Below are positions 37,736 to 51,736 of a stretch of DNA of 64,000 bases, piece by piece. The DNA is taken from assembly GCA_964035545.1 (NCBI GenBank), contig OZ037768.1, positions 2,946,741 to 3,010,740 of the forward strand, in the 5' to 3' direction. This stretch comes from Bugula neritina. Its lineage: Eukaryota > Animalia > Bryozoa. The stretch's first letter is position 1, and every line of letters begins with the position of its first letter. The notes under the pieces were generated by a model. That model did no database searches. It worked only from the letters and a program-made list of their open reading frames with translations, and was not told where the DNA came from. A program made the position numbers and the translations under genes.

Positions 37736-38789
37736 ATGGTTATTACAAGTTTCTATTTTCTTACAGTCAGCCTGTTGGTGCCAGTTTACACAGCAGCAGA
37801 TGATACAGAGTGTATATGTAAGTAATCTAAACTCTATATTCACTCAGAAATAATTTCCTAGCATCAGTTCTATGTATGAGTGTTTCAAGTATTCAACAAT
37901 GCTGTAAAAATGTTTGTTTGCTAGGTCTTTTTTGACTCCCACGCTGAAATTGTATTGTTACCTTATTAAAAACAGTTTACTTAAAAGCTAGGCAATTCCT
38001 GAGATTTTTCATATAGCATGCTATAAGAAAAAGTGTATTCAGCCATTTGTGGTCATATAAGCTTTATTTATTTTCAATAATATTATGTCTAGCTTCAACA
38101 TGATGCATTAATGATGGCGAATCCTGGTGTATATTTTAGTACCAAAATACATAAACTGTTTCAACTGTGACTCCAGAATTCACTCGTTTTGTGAAGACAA
38201 ATTCAACAAAACAGCTTCAATATCCTTAGACCACATGAAGAGGTGTGAAGGAGAATGCTTAAAGTGGGTACGGAATATAGACCCTGCCAACCGTAAGTTC
38301 AATTCTTACAAAAATGTACTTTAGAAACTGGACTATATTTTGATTTTTTTTTATATATTACGCTCTGAAGAATTTTTTTCGCTAGTGTAATCAGGCTGTA
38401 TTGTAAATCGTGAACAACACAAGTCATGACCGGAAAAGCTTGATCTTTATTAAACAAGAAAATGTTGCATGCCATATATTATAAGCTGCGAATGTTTTTT
38501 TTTAGTTTAAAGAGCAAAATGCTATCTTTCTGTAAGTCAATTATTGACTGCCTTATTACGTAACTTTGTAGCTGACCTAGGATCTTATATAATTCGGACT
38601 TGCAAGACAGACGTTGCTATTGATATGTACCTCTCACCAGACATGTGCCTTGATGAGAGCAGACCAGGGTCGGGGCACATGTGCACTTGTCCAGAAGAGA
38701 GATGTAACTCAGCAATACCATCTTTATCAACCCCTCATATAACATTTCTAATACCAACATTATGCTGGATAGTAAAGTTTTTCAAGTAA
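37736..38789 (+). CDS. Ly6/uPAR three-finger, quiver/sleepless-like GPI-anchored protein, copy 2 (exons 37736-37817, 38140-38292, 38572-38789)
   Basis: Signal peptide MVITSFYFLTVSLLVPVYTA, then INCFNC...CEDKF...IRTC...CTCPEERCN and a hydrophobic tail. Same exon phases as copy 1. Confidence 0.85.
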
Positions 38790-40113
38790 AATAAAAAATA
38801 GTTATAGAAGAAAATCTTTTGCTGTATTTGCAATGCCTCTCCACTACTCATGAAACTGATGCTGAACTACTAAATATTGCTAGTTAGAGCCTAAAAGTTA
38901 AGGTCAAATTAACAATTCTAAATTTTGATTGACTTTTGAAATACCATAGAACACACCTACCTTCAACTCCAGCTCCTTTTAGCATCTTCCTTAATATTTG
39001 CCCAGTAGTTTAGTCTCACATGTATAGCTTCGGTGGGCAGACCATAATCCTTATGGATCGAGCCAGAATTTTATGTTGGAAAACTTTTTATTATATGAAC
39101 TGTACATATTAGAATTATTAGATCCCAAGAAATTTGGAGTTTTAGCCATGAAACTTTGTGTTAACCAAATTATATATCATGTTTTGTTGCATCAGACACT
39201 CAGAGTTTATCTAAATAAATTTAATTCTCTTTCCCTGTTACATTGAACAGCTTTTTATTATTTCACAGCGAAACTTTGTAGCTTTAAAGCATGTACAGGC
39301 TATAAACTTCAACACAATGATCAGTAATTGGATTGTGATTAGCTTTCATTCTTTCCATTCATTTATATTGTACCGACAACTCCTTGTTTCATATCTTCTG
39401 CATTAATATTCATCAAATACAGTTTCTGAAAACTAAATTTAAAATGCAATTAACTTAAAACTGCTCAAGACTAAAATAACAAGTAATTTAAAAATTAATT
39501 AATGTATTTGGATGTTTATTGTCATAGACTCAGTTATAGCAACAACAAATGGAAAAGAATGAAGTTTTTACAATATGATACAAGCAATACAAATGCAATA
39601 ATTAAGAAATTTGTCAAAACCAAATATATTGCATGTGTGGTGTGTACATTTGAAACATGTATTTTATCAGAAGCTTTACCAGTAGTATAAAACATCGTAG
39701 AGACAACTCCTCTAGTTATTTCAAATCACACTTAAATAACAGGCAGTTTTATTTGAAGAATTCTACAAAACACACGTGTTCCAGCTGTACTTGATATAAA
39801 AAAATTACTGAGTAAGACATAGTTATAAATAGTTAAAATAGACAGCCTGGATGGTAAATATGTACATTTTTTACTATCAGTTGGATGAGTCAAGACTCAG
39901 TTATCTGTCACTAGATCAGCTGATTGGCTGTTCAGGAGGGGATCTACAATATGATTGGATGATAACAGTTAATCCTGAACATCACAATATTACAAGAGAT
40001 GACAACTTCTATGAACAAACAAACTCAACTCGGACTTATATAGCAACACAACGTTACAATTAAAAAATATTATATAGAAAGAAAGGCTGGGTTAAGGTTA
40101 TTTTTTTATGCGA

Positions 40114-43100
40114 CTAAATTGTTTGTCCAATTTTACATAGTTTAAGGAAATGACAGCATATCTGAGTGTACAGCTCCCTCCCTACTGAAACTAGATAAAC
40201 AAAATAACCAACGGGCAAGTTGTTGCTACACCTACCAGCTAGAGAGGAAAGATGGCGCAGGGGAGGTTTAGGCAGAGTGGAACTGTCTGGGGCTAGTAGT
40301 GTTGAGTCAGTACCTTGATCTCCTAACATCACAACCATATCTTCATCAGCAGCACTGAGAGAAGACCCGAGTACTCCGTGAGCTGTAACTGTATATAATG
40401 TTCTAGTTTATTCTACTTGTCTAGACATGTAACTGTATATAATGTTCTAGTTTATTCTACTTGTCTAGACATGTAACTGTATATAATGTTCTAGTTAACT
40501 CTACTGTCTAGACATGTAACTGTATATAATGTTCTAGTTTATTCTACTGTCTAGACATGTAACTGTATATAATGTTCTAGTTTATTCTACCTGTCTAGAC
40601 ATATAACTGTATATAATGTTCTAGTTTATTCTACCTGTCTAGACATATATACGAATGCATGCATATATATGCATAATATAATATATAATATGTGAATATA
40701 CAGATTCATATGCATATAATATTTATGTATACCTGCTCAAACACTTAACTGCATAAACATTTACTTGCATGCATTTACCACTGGCAAAATTTTGTGTCAA
40801 AACATCTTGCGATATATTCTTCAAAATTTGCTCAAAATATGATAACTTCTAGTAGAATTCTGTACCATAAAATTAAGTGCCCGAATAGTGACTTTAAAAC
40901 ACCTTAGGACAATAGTGAATGTGCAATTTTACCGTTTCTAAGTAATGTAATGTATGATCAACCCTACCTTCGTTGGACGGTAGTTGTGCAGATGACATCA
41001 CATCAGCTTTCAGTTCTGTTGATGACTAGAAAATAAAGAAAAACACACTCTTTATGAGCTCAAACAATGACTTCACTGTGTCCACACCTCACGTTACAGA
41101 CAGTGTACTGAGTGTGTACAAGCATTTCTAGCTGCAGGGTTAATATGTTTGTGAGTGCAAGTCGTGGAAACTGCAACACAGTGAAGTCCACTGTCAATAT
41201 GACATTGAGTTAGTTGCTAGTCTGAGTGAATAATACAAAACAGAGGCACACAAATACAGAGCATTAAAGTGAACAACCAGTTCTGTACACTGTTAACACT
41301 GTGACTATTCTAAAAGTTGATACTTAATGCTTGCAATCCCTGTGTCTGTAAAGTTCTTCTCTATTTAAATTAACTTCAAAATATTCAATTCTATCAGAAA
41401 ATAGTGCTTTTCTTGCCCTAAAAATCAGTTTTACCTTTGACCTCAAAGGAAAACCTTTAAAAATTAACTATAAGTAAGCAACTGTACTATGCTAAGAAGT
41501 GAAGGAGACCTTTACAATTTCTCGACCAACAGAAATGTTGCAGTTTACAAGTAGATGAGTTTAACCTGTGTTTGTAACCTGCCAGCAATGTGGAATGAGT
41601 ACGCGAGTAGAGGGAGGAGGGATTTAGCACCCGCTTATTGATCGTATATGATCCTTTATTCAGTTACTTTCATCACTTATTGACTACTACACTCAACAAT
41701 GTGCCGTGTCACGGCTTACCGGAGTAGAGTCGGGTGAAGGCAGAGCCTGTACTATCACTGGCTCTCCCAGGTTGTTCATAGAGAAAGATGAGGCTATGAA
41801 GAATGAGTTGGAATCTAGAGAAATGTCATCTGAGTAGACGGCTGTACTTCCTACAACAGATAATCTCTACTCAACACGGTGATATCTGCAGCATCTATTA
41901 GAGGTCTACACCAACGACCTCTAAACCAAACTTCCAAAAGACAGAGACAACTGAAATCATTTATAAATATTTAGATATCAATTTGAAACAACAATTCTAC
42001 AACAATAAATGTTGATATAAACAAGATAATGGTTTAGTAGCAGACGTCATTTGAAAGCATCTTCCGACAAAGCAAGAAGGAAACACAATTCCGTCATGTA
42101 TAATGATTCAGTGATCTACCGACAAACAGAGTGTTCCTTACCATCTGGAAGTTGTACAGTCTGTGTGAGTTTGTAGCCATCCGCTGAGTTGCATAGTCTG
42201 AAGGTGGTGGTGCCGCCAGACATCAGCTTACTACTCTCCATCAGACCATCAGACACGGAGATTTCATCCATCGAGGTGTCTTCTGTTGTCTCGTTTATTA
42301 GTAGTCGTCTCTGCGCCAGAGTGGTGAGAATCTCATTGAATGGTAACGTCTGATAGTTGGGGACGTGCCTCTTCAGTGTCCACCATTTACTCCGCAACCA
42401 CTGTGGGGATCTCACGCTAACAAATAAGATGCAAGTTGAAAGGTCGTGTGTACAGACAGAGTAGATCCACCATAAACCCGCTACACTTTTGAAAATTTCA
42501 ATGTAAAGCACAATACAACATAATACTACGGACAAAGAAATCAATGCATTAGAATGTCAAATTCCTAACCAATTAACACATATACTGTGAGCTGAGATAT
42601 AATGAAAAGTGCACTTTTCTATAAATAGTCTTGCATCACATTATTTATAGAGATTATACTAAACATTGCTTGGGAGGTTATGCCATACTTAATTGACCAA
42701 TCATAGAAAACGTAACTCCCGAAACAGCGAATCACATGAGAGGTAACTCACCATGACCAACCTTTAGATAGATTCACCCAGTCTATACTCGACTCGTCAG
42801 AAACCCCCGAGTGTAAAATTCTACAAAACAGGAAACATACAGTGTTTAAATACCGGCACTTGCTCTATTCAATAGTAACACTAATATAATATATAGGTGT
42901 AAGATATAGCCTTACTTCTCTATCAACAGTGAGTCATCTCTTACGGCTGACCACTCCGCACCCCCCTTCTGTTTCCAATTTAGAAAATTGAGCCACTTGG
43001 CTCTGCATTGTTTATCTGTTCGTGTTTTCACTTTAGCAGCGACGTCCGCCCAGCTCAACCCATGATGCACCTGCAGTGATGACACAACATATTCCTTTAC

Positions 43101-45847
43101 ACAATTTCAATACTAACAGATAAAACTTGCCACCACCGACTGTGATGTGCCACCACCTGACTAACACTAACACTGACACTGAGTGTGATATGTCGCCACC
43201 TAATTGACACCTAGCTAACATGTCAGGCATTGCAGTAGATAATTATACAGTAAATCACACCTCTTGGCCTGGTTTGGCGCCACTCAGTTCATAGACAGCG
43301 TTGGCTAAGTTCACCTCCTCATCATGCTGCCAGGTTCCGTAGCGGCAGCTGTCTTTCATCAGCCGACATCTGTCTCTCACTGAACCTGCACTTCTACCGA
43401 GTGCTGCCCCTATCGTTGCCCAGTCATTGCCGTGTAGCTGCCTCAAGCTGTTGAGAAGAACAAATCTCACTTGCAATGAGAACAAACAAGGACACTAGCA
43501 GTTTATCATTTCAGAGTTCTTCCTACACTCAACTCTTTGTATCGTTAGAGAGACTAACTAATTCTAACCAACTCTGTGCTAGATACTCTGTAACTGTTAA
43601 CCGTTAATGTCCAATGAAGTATTATAAAAATACCATTTCAACCTACACAACGTATATGAAACACACTTTTATTCTTCTACATTACAAAATGCACGTTTCT
43701 GGTGCAATATGCACTAGATTTAATTAATACATGAAATATCATTTGTTTTTTACTATTAATACATTGAGATTTACTCTACTCTACCTAGCTACACAATAAT
43801 ATGTGATGCAGCACTTTTGGTGTTTGTTAAAATTTCGTAAAATATATTCCAACTACAGTGCAGTTTATTTATGAGATGAAAAACAGTAGTGAGTTAGAGT
43901 ATGGAAAATGAGGCGAGGCAAAACACAGTTGGTCAAAACGCAGTGAAACAACAGATGGTAGCATACTGTTTTAGCTTGAGTATCTCCTCAGGCGTGTACT
44001 TCCCCATGTGGTTCTTCTGGTCGTACATTCTAAGAACCCTCCTATACACCGAGAACAGAGGTCTGTCTAGCCCAGTGGCTATGGCTCGATAGAAGTCTTT
44101 CCTTCTATCTTTTGTCATTTCAAATATTATTGAGTTTGGATCATCAATGTTTTTCTCCTACAGAAACAACAGTGCAGTTTACTACTTCTGCAAGAGAGTG
44201 AGGTACAAGCAGAAGGATAGCAACGAGAGGCACTAGTCAGCTCTCCAAACATCATCCCATCACAACACAGTTAAGATCACAAGCTATATTGTTGTATCTA
44301 ACAATGATATTTATTATGAGTGACATTTTCTCATTTACTTTTAACTACGGAATATAGAAAACAAGAAAAATGTTTCAACCACAAAATGAAAAGAAAAATT
44401 TAGATATGCTCATGTTTGCAATGTATAATGCACCATAGATGAAGGTTGAAGCAGCTACAACTGGGTACATCGTACAACCGAACAGGTCTAACCCACCTAG
44501 CATTTTATACGCTGTTTTAAAAATTATAAAATGAGAATTAATTCAAAGGGAACTAAATTATTTCGTACTGTTATATTACCTCACAGTACAAATTAATATT
44601 GTGCTTCAAAAGTTCATTTTCTTCAGCTGTCCACTGGCCTTGTCGCCAGCGATGGCCATTTTCCTGCAACGTCTGCTTATCGGTTTTAGAGGTGAACCAG
44701 TTCTGTGAAATATCGATCTTTTCGTTGCCACAAGCTTCTCCCAGAGGTATTTGTGAGTGCTACAACATTGAACATTGAAAATGGTGGAAAGCTGGATATC
44801 TGTTTGGTGTAATTTCATACTCTTTCTTAGAATATGAAGTTTGTAAACAGAGTATTGTTTTCTAGAAAACACTGTAAATGTGCTCAGCCTTACAGATATG
44901 CGGCAAAGCAAAGTCAACAAAAGTCAACTAATGACAATGAAATAAAAAGGTTTAACAATGTTGTAAAACCATATAATCCATTACCTCATTGCCAGTAGTA
45001 ACTAGCAGAACATCTTGGCTAGAGTTTTGTAGAGAGTTACATCTATCAACATCCTGTGTATTACTAGCGTCTGTTATACTAATCTCTTGGTCAGATATCA
45101 CCGTGTCTAAGTGATAAAATATAATTCACTACACAACTGCTCACAACTAAGAAACTTCTTAATCCCAGGTGTGAAATAGCCACATCAATATATTCATAGC
45201 CACTATTATAATTTATCATACGAGAAAGCTCAATAAACACACCAATATTTTAATCGAAGAAATGCTTATTTAAGCAAGGGTATGCTGCACTGTGTAGCAT
45301 TAGGATGTGGGAAAAAGTAACTGTAAAAGTACCTTCTAATGTAATCAGAACTGTTTCTCCATCTTCGTTAGCACAGAATGATATTGGCTGCAACACATCT
45401 GCAATTAACCAAATTTAAAACATTTTTGAAACTGATAATGAAATTAGTAACTTATGATATTCTATGATTACATAATAAGAAAAATCCTTCATTCGTACAA
45501 CAGCGTTATGGGCAAGTATTATTAGAATATAGCTATTTTATTTGCAAAATCATTCTTATACATGTAAGCATATGTCGCAGTTTTAAAAATACTAGCATTT
45601 TAGTTTTGGCTTAGCTTTCAGCATTGACATTTCACAAGTTTTGTCGAACAGAATTTTCCTTTGTGAGCTCCAGCTGAGAACAAAACACAAAAACAAGTTT
45701 GTTTTCTAATTTACCTGAAGCTAAAATTGAGCAATCAGATGTCATATCTGAATGGCCCAAGTTTTCATTTATGCTGGGAATGCTAAACTGTTTAGTAGTG
45801 TAAATGACATTAGACGACATCTTAGTTTCTTCACCTATACCATCCAT
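40114..45847 (-). CDS. DMTF1: Cyclin-D-binding Myb-like transcription factor 1, ~12 exons (3' end approximate)
   Basis: MTKDRRKDFYRAIATGLDRPLFSVYRRVLRMYDQKNHMGKYTPEE. Myb repeats HGNDWATIGAALGRSAGSVRDRCRLMKD and VRSPQWLRSKWWTLKRHV. Confidence 0.92.
40385..40648. repeat. 43-44-bp minisatellite GTAACTGTATATAATGTTCTAGTTTATTCTAC(T)TGTCTAGACAT, 6 copies, spanning a DMTF1 acceptor
   Basis: Direct reading of the sequence. Confidence 0.95.
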
Positions 45848-46784
45848 AGTTCTTTTAATGGCCTAGTGGCTGAAAAAGGCAGATATAATTAATATAGTAC
45901 GTCACAGCTTTTCTTAAGAACAATCACATATACTAGTCACTTGTATGAATCTCATCGTTATGATTATTTCTCAGCAATTTACAAGTTGACAAAATAATTT
46001 TGAAATAAAAAAACTTAACACTAAGCCCCCTTGCCTCTTTGGTAATTGAAAGACTTTCATCATTAATTATTAATCAAAATTAGCTGAGTTCAAGACGCTG
46101 TCAAACCAGCAAAGTCTAAGAGTATAACTTTCGTAATGAACAATTAGTAATTCACTCATTGTTATTGTATCAAAAGTTGCAAGAATAACAGTAACTGTAA
46201 ATATTACTAACGCTATTAACTTTGAGCACTAAATAATTAGTGTAATGTAAATGATTAATACTAGTACTACTAGTAGTACTAGTGACTCGCAGTCGCTATG
46301 AATATCACCATGAATAATGAATATGATACTCATAATCATCTCATGCTCGTACTCATACTGATACTTATAGTAATAGTGACTGACAGGGACTATTAGTATT
46401 AGTATTAGAGTCACTATGAGTATGACTATATCACAGTCAGTGTCACTATCTATATTAATATGAATAATATATCATTATGATTATCACTTTAAGTTTATCA
46501 TTGTCATTGTGATTAAGATTATCATTATGATTATACTTAGTCTTGTAGTGATCGGTAGGGAAATTAAGCTAAAGTGAAATTAGAAATTTAAATAGACATC
46601 ATCATGCTCAATTTCTAATTTTATGCATAATCATTTATAAGGTTAAGCTGAAAGTTACTTGGACCAATTATTATACTCGTACTGAATACTACACCTACAA
46701 CGACTACTACTACTACTACTACTATAAGTATAACTATGAGCATCAAAGCATATGTACACCACAATAATGATTATTGTCCGTCCT

Positions 46785-46950
46785 TTATTTCGCAATTCCG
46801 GTTTGTGCCCACGGGGAGATAAGCTACAGAGTTATTTTATCACGAGCTCAGTCGTCATAATGATCGTTAACGTGCAAATGCGTGCCGGCGCGTGGATATG
46901 TCGAGTTCGCGCTAGAAGTGCAAGTCTGGGAAACGTGAGCGTTCAATAAA
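46785..46950. promoter_or_regulatory. CpG/GC-enriched patch, probable DMTF1 promoter/first exon
   Basis: Local CpG cluster (TGCGTGCCGGCGCGTGG) in otherwise CpG-poor DNA, ~1 kb upstream of the DMTF1 ATG. Confidence 0.45.
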
Positions 46951-47813
46951 ACGTAGAACTTCCACAAGTTCCATTTCAGTGGTCAGAAAGTTACATTTTA
47001 CGTAAACATTTGTGCTACTTAAAGAACTTGTGCCTGCCAGCTTCCGCGAAAGCTGACAGGCACAATATGACTATTGTTCATATACATGCGATTATATATA
47101 ATGCTATACACTAGGATATATCATATCAATTGTTGTTACCATATAATGACCACAGCATTGGAAAACTAATTATCATTACGTATGAAAGAAACTCGAATGC
47201 AAGCATGTACACTATAATATGCAAGAAGATATCAGAAGAAGATTGTTATAGTATGACAATAAATCATGGTGCTTTTTGCAATACAGCCTATTTATATTAT
47301 AAAATTGCCAGAGTGACTAAATACATGATAGATTATGGCAAACGTTTTATAATAGAAAGTTCCCTAGTTCACGTGAAAATAAAACCTAATTGAACGCGAT
47401 CAGTAGTACAACAGCATATTTGCAATAAAAGAGTTGTAGTCCTGGAATACTGCAAATTCATATTTCTTGTTAAATTGGAGAAATTTCTGAATGAGAAAGC
47501 AAATAAATATTTATTATTGCAAACAAAAACCATCATTTTCTGTTAAATTTTAGCTATCTATTTAACATAAAAGAAAAACGTTTGAATATATAATGTAATA
47601 GCACAGGGGCAGCATGATTTGTATTGAGAATAGATATTATACATGTGCAAATCTGGTAATCATGGTGTTGTGTTATTTTGCATATTATATTCATGTTACA
47701 ACACAGTGATGTAGACATGTGCTATTTGTATGTTGAAATTTTAAATGCTTTACCTACAAGATGGCTACTATCATACTTCCAATACAACACACACCATAAA
47801 TATATTTAACTGT

Positions 47814-50800
47814 CTACATTTCAAATGTTATGTAATTTTGATTGTTTCTTATAATTCTGGTTCCACTCCACGGTGTAATTGCCATGGCAACACCAAACAG
47901 CTCCTCATTCTCTACTAGTTGCAGGAATCCTTGGACCACAGCCTTTATACTCAGGAACTCATGCCGTCCATTGGGCAGAGCGGCTATCATCTCTCTCAAA
48001 CCTTCATTTAAAGTATACAAAATAATTTATAAAGTAAAGGCATTAAAGCTTTGATGCTTTATGACAAAGTAAATTAGAAGCTCTGCGTCTGTTTTAAAAT
48101 ATTTTATGTTAAAACTAGTAAAAGATGTTGTAACTAATAGAACACTATGTTTTCAGAATAAAAACTGTTATAAAAAATTGTGTAATTATAGACATAGGAT
48201 TTAAAAGCTAACGTAATCTTAAAAGTAAATAATTATATAAGCTTATAATATAATTACATGAATTTAAATACATATTGTGTGTGAATAATTCTGGTGTTTT
48301 GAAAATTTAGATTATGGCAACATTTATTTGTGGGTTTTATTCAAGCAATCTTTAACTCAACCCTTTTACACCAGACCCCACTAGCAGCAGGGAACTTAGC
48401 CTAAGACAGTAGTTAGGATTATACCTGGAGTTGAGTTAATCATTGGAGTGTCTACCAGAGAAGGACAAAGTGCATTCACCCTCACACCACATCTTTCTAG
48501 ATTGTATCGTGACTAAAAATATGACATGTCAAAACTTTGCAACTTGTGCTCATGTAGTTGTTAGTGCTTGGTATTCAAATTAATTTCATTCTGATATAAA
48601 AATGTTTTGATGTCTAATAACCAGTAAAGAAATATTTAAATACCAAACAAACAAAATGCATTTATAATGCAACTCTATAGCAAGTTAGAAATAAAAATTC
48701 CAGAAACCATTGATGCTGCTAAAAATAGATAGGAGTTTTGTGGTTTTGCCCTTGACAAAAAATAATCTGAAAACTTACCCCTGCTGATTGAGTGAGTGAT
48801 ACGCAGCCTGCCTTGCTTGCATTATAACACATGCCACTGTCAGTTGGATAAAATGCTACAGTAAAAACACATTTTCTTTTAAAGCTTTTATAGAGTTTTA
48901 CTTATATAAGGGTGAAAGCTTATCTTTACATTAACTTCTGATGAAAACCATTATATAATATATTTATTGGTTTATGTGTAACTTGGCAATTTAAGAATTT
49001 CTTGTCTTAATACTCATGAGAGCTTTGAACATAATTAACTTAGGTAACTAACTAAAATCAAGAACACAAATACAACATAAGAAATGAAGCGAAGTGGGCC
49101 AAAGCATTTCATAACTATTAGTTGTTACTTGACTTATGCCAACAGCCAAATAATATATTGCAGATGTAGATGACTAGTTAGATCAAAATAAAGCTGTAGT
49201 CTATACATAACTGCAAAAAATCAGTTATATATAGACTACAGATGTATATTATTTAATGTAATATCAAAATGCTTATTTATACCTGTCCTTGAATAAATTT
49301 ACCTGCTGTGGAAGCTATATTGATAATTACACCACCTTTTGCTTTCTCCTTATCCATATATTCCATTCCCAGTTTAGTACCGTAGTACACAGCTTCCTAG
49401 AATATTATATGTGGAACGTAAGTGGAAAGGAGCTTTATAGATAGTAAAGGGTAGGAAATATGGAAATATAGCAGTACTAAATATAGTATGCATACTTTTG
49501 AGTTCATATATAAATATTTTCCAGTTATAACAATGGTTTAATCTATTTTTTTTTAATTTGTTGCTAGCTAAAGATTTCTGCATGTGAAGCTTGTCATATG
49601 AACTGTTCAATTGGCAAAAAACTTGTATGCAACAAAAATCTTTCAAAGAAAGCACAAAGTGTACATTAAAATAAACAGTTGGCAGTTTATAGATCAATGA
49701 ACTTTTGATATGCAGCTTTATGGGTAGGAACACCCAAACAGAGAGCTATGTCATTTAATCGCAACTCACTGTGACTTTTATGTGTTTTCCTGTGACTATA
49801 CAACACTCTACTTACAAGATTCACCCGCAGTGCTCTCACTGATGCTTCCAGCTCCTGATCATGAGCAGCAACCCCTGCGCTATTACACACTATATCAATA
49901 TGTCCATATCTTTTCTTTACAAACTCAAAGGCTCCTAAAACAAGTGCCAGTGTAAGAGCTATTGCTAATTGCTACTTGGCTCATTTTACTTCATTTAGTA
50001 CACATCAGCAATTTATGACCAAAAATTAAAGTTGGTTCAAAATTCATGAAAATTTGCTATATGGGGTAACTTTATGTTCTGATTCCAAATATGTAAAGCA
50101 AAAAAGGTTAGGAGGGAGTCATGCAGCATGTTTGCTAATTGCCAATTGTTATAATTGCTAGTTGCTAATTGCTGAAAAAGTTTGCCTAGATTATTATTGT
50201 AAAATCACAACTATAAACTTTTCATTAAGTTGTTTTGCATCAATTATAACAATTTTCTTTTCTTACCAGTTTGAAGTGGTGGTTTACTTTACCTTGGAAT
50301 AGACTGTAATTGGTAACATCACAGTGATAAAAAGTTACATCACTCTGCGGGAATTCTTTTTGTAGATCAGAGGCTATTTTATCTCCATTTTCCACAATAT
50401 CCACCAAACAGACCTGCGTGTAAATGAAAACTGTAAAATAATATTTTCTATTTTGATGATGTTGAGAGTGTGGTGTGTGTGTGTGGTGTGGGCGTGGTGT
50501 GTGTGTGTGTGTGTGTGGTGTGTGCGTGTGTGTGTGTGTGTGTGTGGTATGTGTGTGGTGTGTTTGTGGTGTGTGTGATGTGTGTGCGCGGTGTGTGTGT
50601 GTGTGTGTTGCTTTTATTTTAGAGTCATAATTTAGCAGACAGCTGTATTATTAATTTAGAAAAATTTCTGCTCATGAACCCTACTTAATTGCTTGAAAAT
50701 ATATTATTTTGCATCTACCAGCCACTTTCTAATAGAAAGATGCCACTCTTTTTGCTGCTGTAAATCTACTCTATCAAAAATCTAATACTGTTTACATATA

Positions 50801-51018
50801 AGATATATATAAATAAGTTTATAAATTTATATCTAATAGAGATTGTGATTGTAAATCATTTACTTCCATCTAAATAAAATTCTCAAATAATCATAATATT
50901 GTTTCATTAGCCGATTACTTACAGCTGCAGCTTTTTCCTTCAGGAGGGCAGAAGCAAAGGCGCTCCCTAAACCACTGCCTGCTCCAGTTACTAATGCTAT
51001 CTTTTCTTTAATAATCAT
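47814..51018 (-). CDS. HPGD: 15-hydroxyprostaglandin dehydrogenase-like classical SDR, 7 exons
   Basis: MIIKEKIALVTGAGSGLG (TGxxxGxG), FYHCDVT, IDIVCNSAG, GGVIINIASTA, catalytic YNASK and VRVNALCPSLVDTPM. True substrate cannot be inferred. Confidence 0.8.
50468..50608. repeat. Imperfect (TG)n microsatellite
   Basis: Direct reading of the sequence. Confidence 0.97.
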
Positions 51019-51736
51019 AGCTATTCGTGATCAAGTATTATATTAATTAGGAAATTTACATTCAGCAAACTCAGATTTTCAGCTGATCCATAGAAGATAA
51101 ATGGTCAGGTGTTGTGTGCAGTAATCAAAGATTTGGTATATTATATTTATCGTTTTGATAAGTTGCCAATAATTTTGCAAAAATAGAGGTATTAAAAGTA
51201 ACTTTATTACAGATTTGTGCTGTAAACCTGCAACCAGCATATTAATTATATTCTGTTTCAACTATTAATCACTTGATCTTAGTATAATAGGTTAGGTTAT
51301 ACCTCTGATGTGCTACTTTTGGTAACAAATGTAAAAATTCGTTTGAAACTTGGAAAAAAATCTTTGTTCAATGACCCTGCAGGTGTGCACATTTTAGCAC
51401 AAATTATTGTTAGTTTACCGGGAATTTTTCATTTTTGTAGTTACATATTGGCAACACGCTTATACTTATTTGCATTATCTAGAATCTAGCTATAATATAA
51501 ACAATTATACAGGAAATATAAAAAACTAGACGCGGTATTTTATTAAACTGCTTCATAAAAAAGTCATCAGCCAATAATAGTTGGTATAACAATCATAATT
51601 CATGGGATCCATAGATTTCTGAGTAATAAATAAAATCATAAGACATATAAACAAGGGAATAGTATATCAGTATTCCAGTGATAACAGCAAGCATTTACAA
51701 GTCCTCCTATATTGATAATAACCAGGAATAATACAG

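Noticed and set aside
49300-49400. Suspected frameshift in an HPGD exon
   Set aside because: Careful reading gives continuous EAVYYGTKLGMEYMDKEKAKGGVIINIASTA; the gene looks intact.
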